Shown: piece after piece, positions 61,705 through 64,000 of the stretch
Numbering within the stretch: position 1 is the stretch's first letter
Layout: each line of letters starts with the position of its first letter
NCBI RefSeq assembly: GCF_020745735.1
Contig: NC_083426.1
Span: 44,950,001-45,014,000, forward strand
Length of the DNA: 64,000 bases
Source of the DNA: Hemiscyllium ocellatum
Taxonomy: Eukaryota
Reading direction: 5' to 3'
Translations under genes and position numbers: made by a program
Notes under the pieces: model-generated
The model's database searches: none
What the model saw: only the letters and a program-made list of their open reading frames with translations
What the model was told of the DNA's origin: nothing

Positions 61705-62319
61705 GTCCTCTTTCAGAGACCCTTGAACTCCTGGGAGGGGGAACCCTGCTTACAAAATGTTGAGCACAAGTAAATAAAGACTCATAGAGTCGAAGAATTA
61801 TGTGTACAAAAACTACTCTATCATAACTACAAACAACCTTCACTACCAAAAACCTACAAAGAAAACCAACTATAAAACCATGAAATGAAGACTCTTCTCC
61901 CTGTCCATAGAGCACACTCACCCTACCCACCCCCTCCTTCACAGCTCCTTCAAACCTGGACCATGCCCCAAATTTAGGCCAGAAAAAAAACATGATAGTC
62001 ATCCTTAAATCAACAGTAAAAAGACAAAATCAGGATGAGCACTTCACCCATCCCTGGCTTCATGTCACCCCTACTTGTGACTAAAAGAGAAACCGAACCA
62101 ACAGAAAAAAGGGGGAGACAACAAAGAACATCCACAAAATTTCCCATCAGAAAATCCAGTTATTAAAACAAAAGGAACAACTTATCCCGAGGTCTTTTCC
62201 CCCCCTTTCCAAAAAAAGAATTTATTAAGGAGGAAGAAAGGAACAAAATAAGGAAGGGAAAATATGTGGAAAGAAGGAAAAGATGATGAACAATAACCGT
62301 ATTCTTCAGGTCAGTCCAT

Positions 62320-63133
62320 CTATTTTAAAGTATCTACAAAGTTTTTAGCTTTATCTGCTGAGTCAAATATATAAACTGAGTCCTCATGGCTGAAATGGAG
62401 CACTGCGGGGTATCTCATGGAGTACTGAATGCCCAAGGTTCCTCAACCTCTTTTTAACTTCATCGAAGGACTTCCTCTTTCAAATTAAAGCTACTGAGAA
62501 ATCCTGGAAAACATGATTTTTGATCTCTTGTGCAGCAGTGTCTGTGGATCATTTCCCAGTAATCTAGAAACTTCTTTTACATTTTCTTGTCCATTTTTGA
62601 GTGGAAGTGCACTAGGACTGAGCAGGGGGGTGCTGCACTAGCCCTGATCTGTGCACTGTAACCCGATAAGCCCTTTCAATCTGCAGCCTGCTGGATTCAT
62701 TGTGAAAACTTCGGTAGCCAGCTTTCAAAGAAGCTGACTGGTTGCTCACCTTCCTCACCTTCAGGAAGTCCAACAATTTGATTTCGAGGTCGCCGATATG
62801 GTCTCACAAGGCCCGAACCTCTCGCTCCAGCACCTGGATCCGACTGGATGAGAACTCCATCACAGGTCCCCCGAGGCCCTGGATCTCCTGCTCACACTTC
62901 TGCAGCATGGATGCGATAGGTTGGACTGGGGCACGAGTCTCCCTATGGATCTCCTCAATTGCAGCCCCAACTTTGAAGGTAAGTCTCCCCATCGCTATAG
63001 CCAATTCCTGTGAGTCTGTCAGGTCCCCTGGGGGTTCAGGAGAGGCTGCTGTTGCAGCTGTCTCTGGTATGTCTGTTGCTGTAGGGGAGTGTCCTCCCTG
63101 CTGCTGTTTGCTCGCTCCTTTTCCCTTTGGCAT
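62320..63133 (-). pseudogene. L1 ORF1, frameshifted
   Basis: MPKGKGASK start, coiled-coil-like segment, IVGLPEGEEG, FQDFS, ends FDSADKAKNFVDTLK*. Confidence 0.82.
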
Positions 63134-64000
63134 CCTTTCCACTCTCAAATATTAACAAATATGTGTTCTGTAAGGTATTAAACTAATAATTCCACCACAT
63201 AAGTTGGCCAGGGGTGGCAAAAAACACCAGATGCCTTGGCTGTTAGGCAGAGCTGTCCACAGCAGTTCTACAGAATCGCCACCATCTTGCCAAGTCCCCC
63301 AAACCTTTTAAGAAGTTTCTTTAATTTTCGTTTAGGCAGATGTGAAGTTGATATTGCAGGAGTGATGCAGCTGGTCAACCCACCCAGCTTTAACAAATTG
63401 AATCTATTTAAACATTTTGGATGAAACACAAACAAAAGAAAACAGAATTTAGAATAACTTAACTTATTTGTTAACACAACTGATGCAATGTTGCCACTTA
63501 ACAAAGCTGTTCTAATCCCTGCAACATCTCATAAACACATCCCTTCGCCAAAGGTAAATTCAAACACAAGTTCTTACAGGCAGGAGTTTACAGAGAGAAA
63601 GTTCAGGCAAGACGTCTGTTGAAATATGGAAGCTCTTCTCACTGTGGCTGCTTCTCTTGGTCCCCAGCAATTCTCTAACTGCCTGCTTACACTAAACCAA
63701 ACTAGAGAAAAAAAAACTTGAACCTGGAGAACAAACCACTCCCCAGCCATTGTTCAAAGTAACCACTTCCAGAAAAATCGACACCTCTGCCTTTACAATT
63801 CCTCTTGTTAAAAAAAAGACAACATAACCTTGTTAAAAGGGGCAGCATCAACATATACTCACCACAGAATTCTGCACCTATGCACCCTCAGTGCTGGCTA
63901 TGGATAGGAACAGTATTTCATCTTTAGTAAACCTGAGAGTGTCTTTGGTTTTGTGTTTGAACTCATTATTGGCACAAGCAGTGGTTTTCAGCCTTTGTCT

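Larger units (their letters stand above)
57637..63297 (-). mobile_element. L1-clade LINE, apparently full length, inactivated
   Basis: 5' UTR, ORF1, spacer, ORF2, AATAAA (57654-57659) and a short A tail; imperfect TSD CCCCTCAAAACC / CCCCCAAACC. Confidence 0.9.
57603..63855 (-). mobile_element. Solo LTR family A split by L1 (57603-57636 plus about 63296-63855)
   Basis: Collinear with 31253-31835; exact 4-bp TSD TACT (57599-57602 / 63856-63859). Confidence 0.8.
56773..63900 (-). mobile_element. Old CR1-like LINE, outermost layer of a nested stack (occupies 56773-57602 and about 63856-63900)
   Basis: GGGGAGTCAGGGGGTGAGTTACT joins CACCACAGAATTC after the LTR is removed; same 3' end as 22370-22450. 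Confidence 0.65.

Noticed and set aside
57637-63297. Active L1
   Set aside because: Many frameshifts and stops, and the catalytic YADD reads YAAN.

Overview
Eukaryotic, repeat-dominated intergenic or intronic DNA from a cartilaginous fish, most likely a shark. The taxon is inferred from HE1-type V-SINEs with (AATCT)n tails, SacSINE1/Deu-type SINEs and CR1/HER1-type LINEs. No host protein-coding gene, rRNA, true tRNA or CRISPR array is supportable, and most ORFs in the track are transposon remnants or their antisense shadows. Content: about 20 CR1 fragments, 9 HE1-type SINEs, several Deu-domain SINEs, two 1.8-kb Neptune-type Penelope-like elements (PLEs) plus about 10 PLE terminal (pLTR) fragments, two decayed Ty3/Gypsy elements, five solo LTRs, an apparently full-length but broken L1, RTE, Rex1/Babar and L2 remnants, a Harbinger-like Myb/SANT remnant and a 52-bp minisatellite. 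The most interesting signal is RNA-structural. The pLTRs carry minimal hammerhead ribozyme motifs, one fully intact at 53181-53216. Four PLE insertions are fold-back (inverted) structures, and several breakpoints fall at the 5' edge of the ribozyme. PLE hammerheads and inverted pLTRs are known in general; the breakpoint clustering and its mechanism are my inference. Family names come from motif recognition by eye, not a database search, and boundaries of old repeats are approximate.
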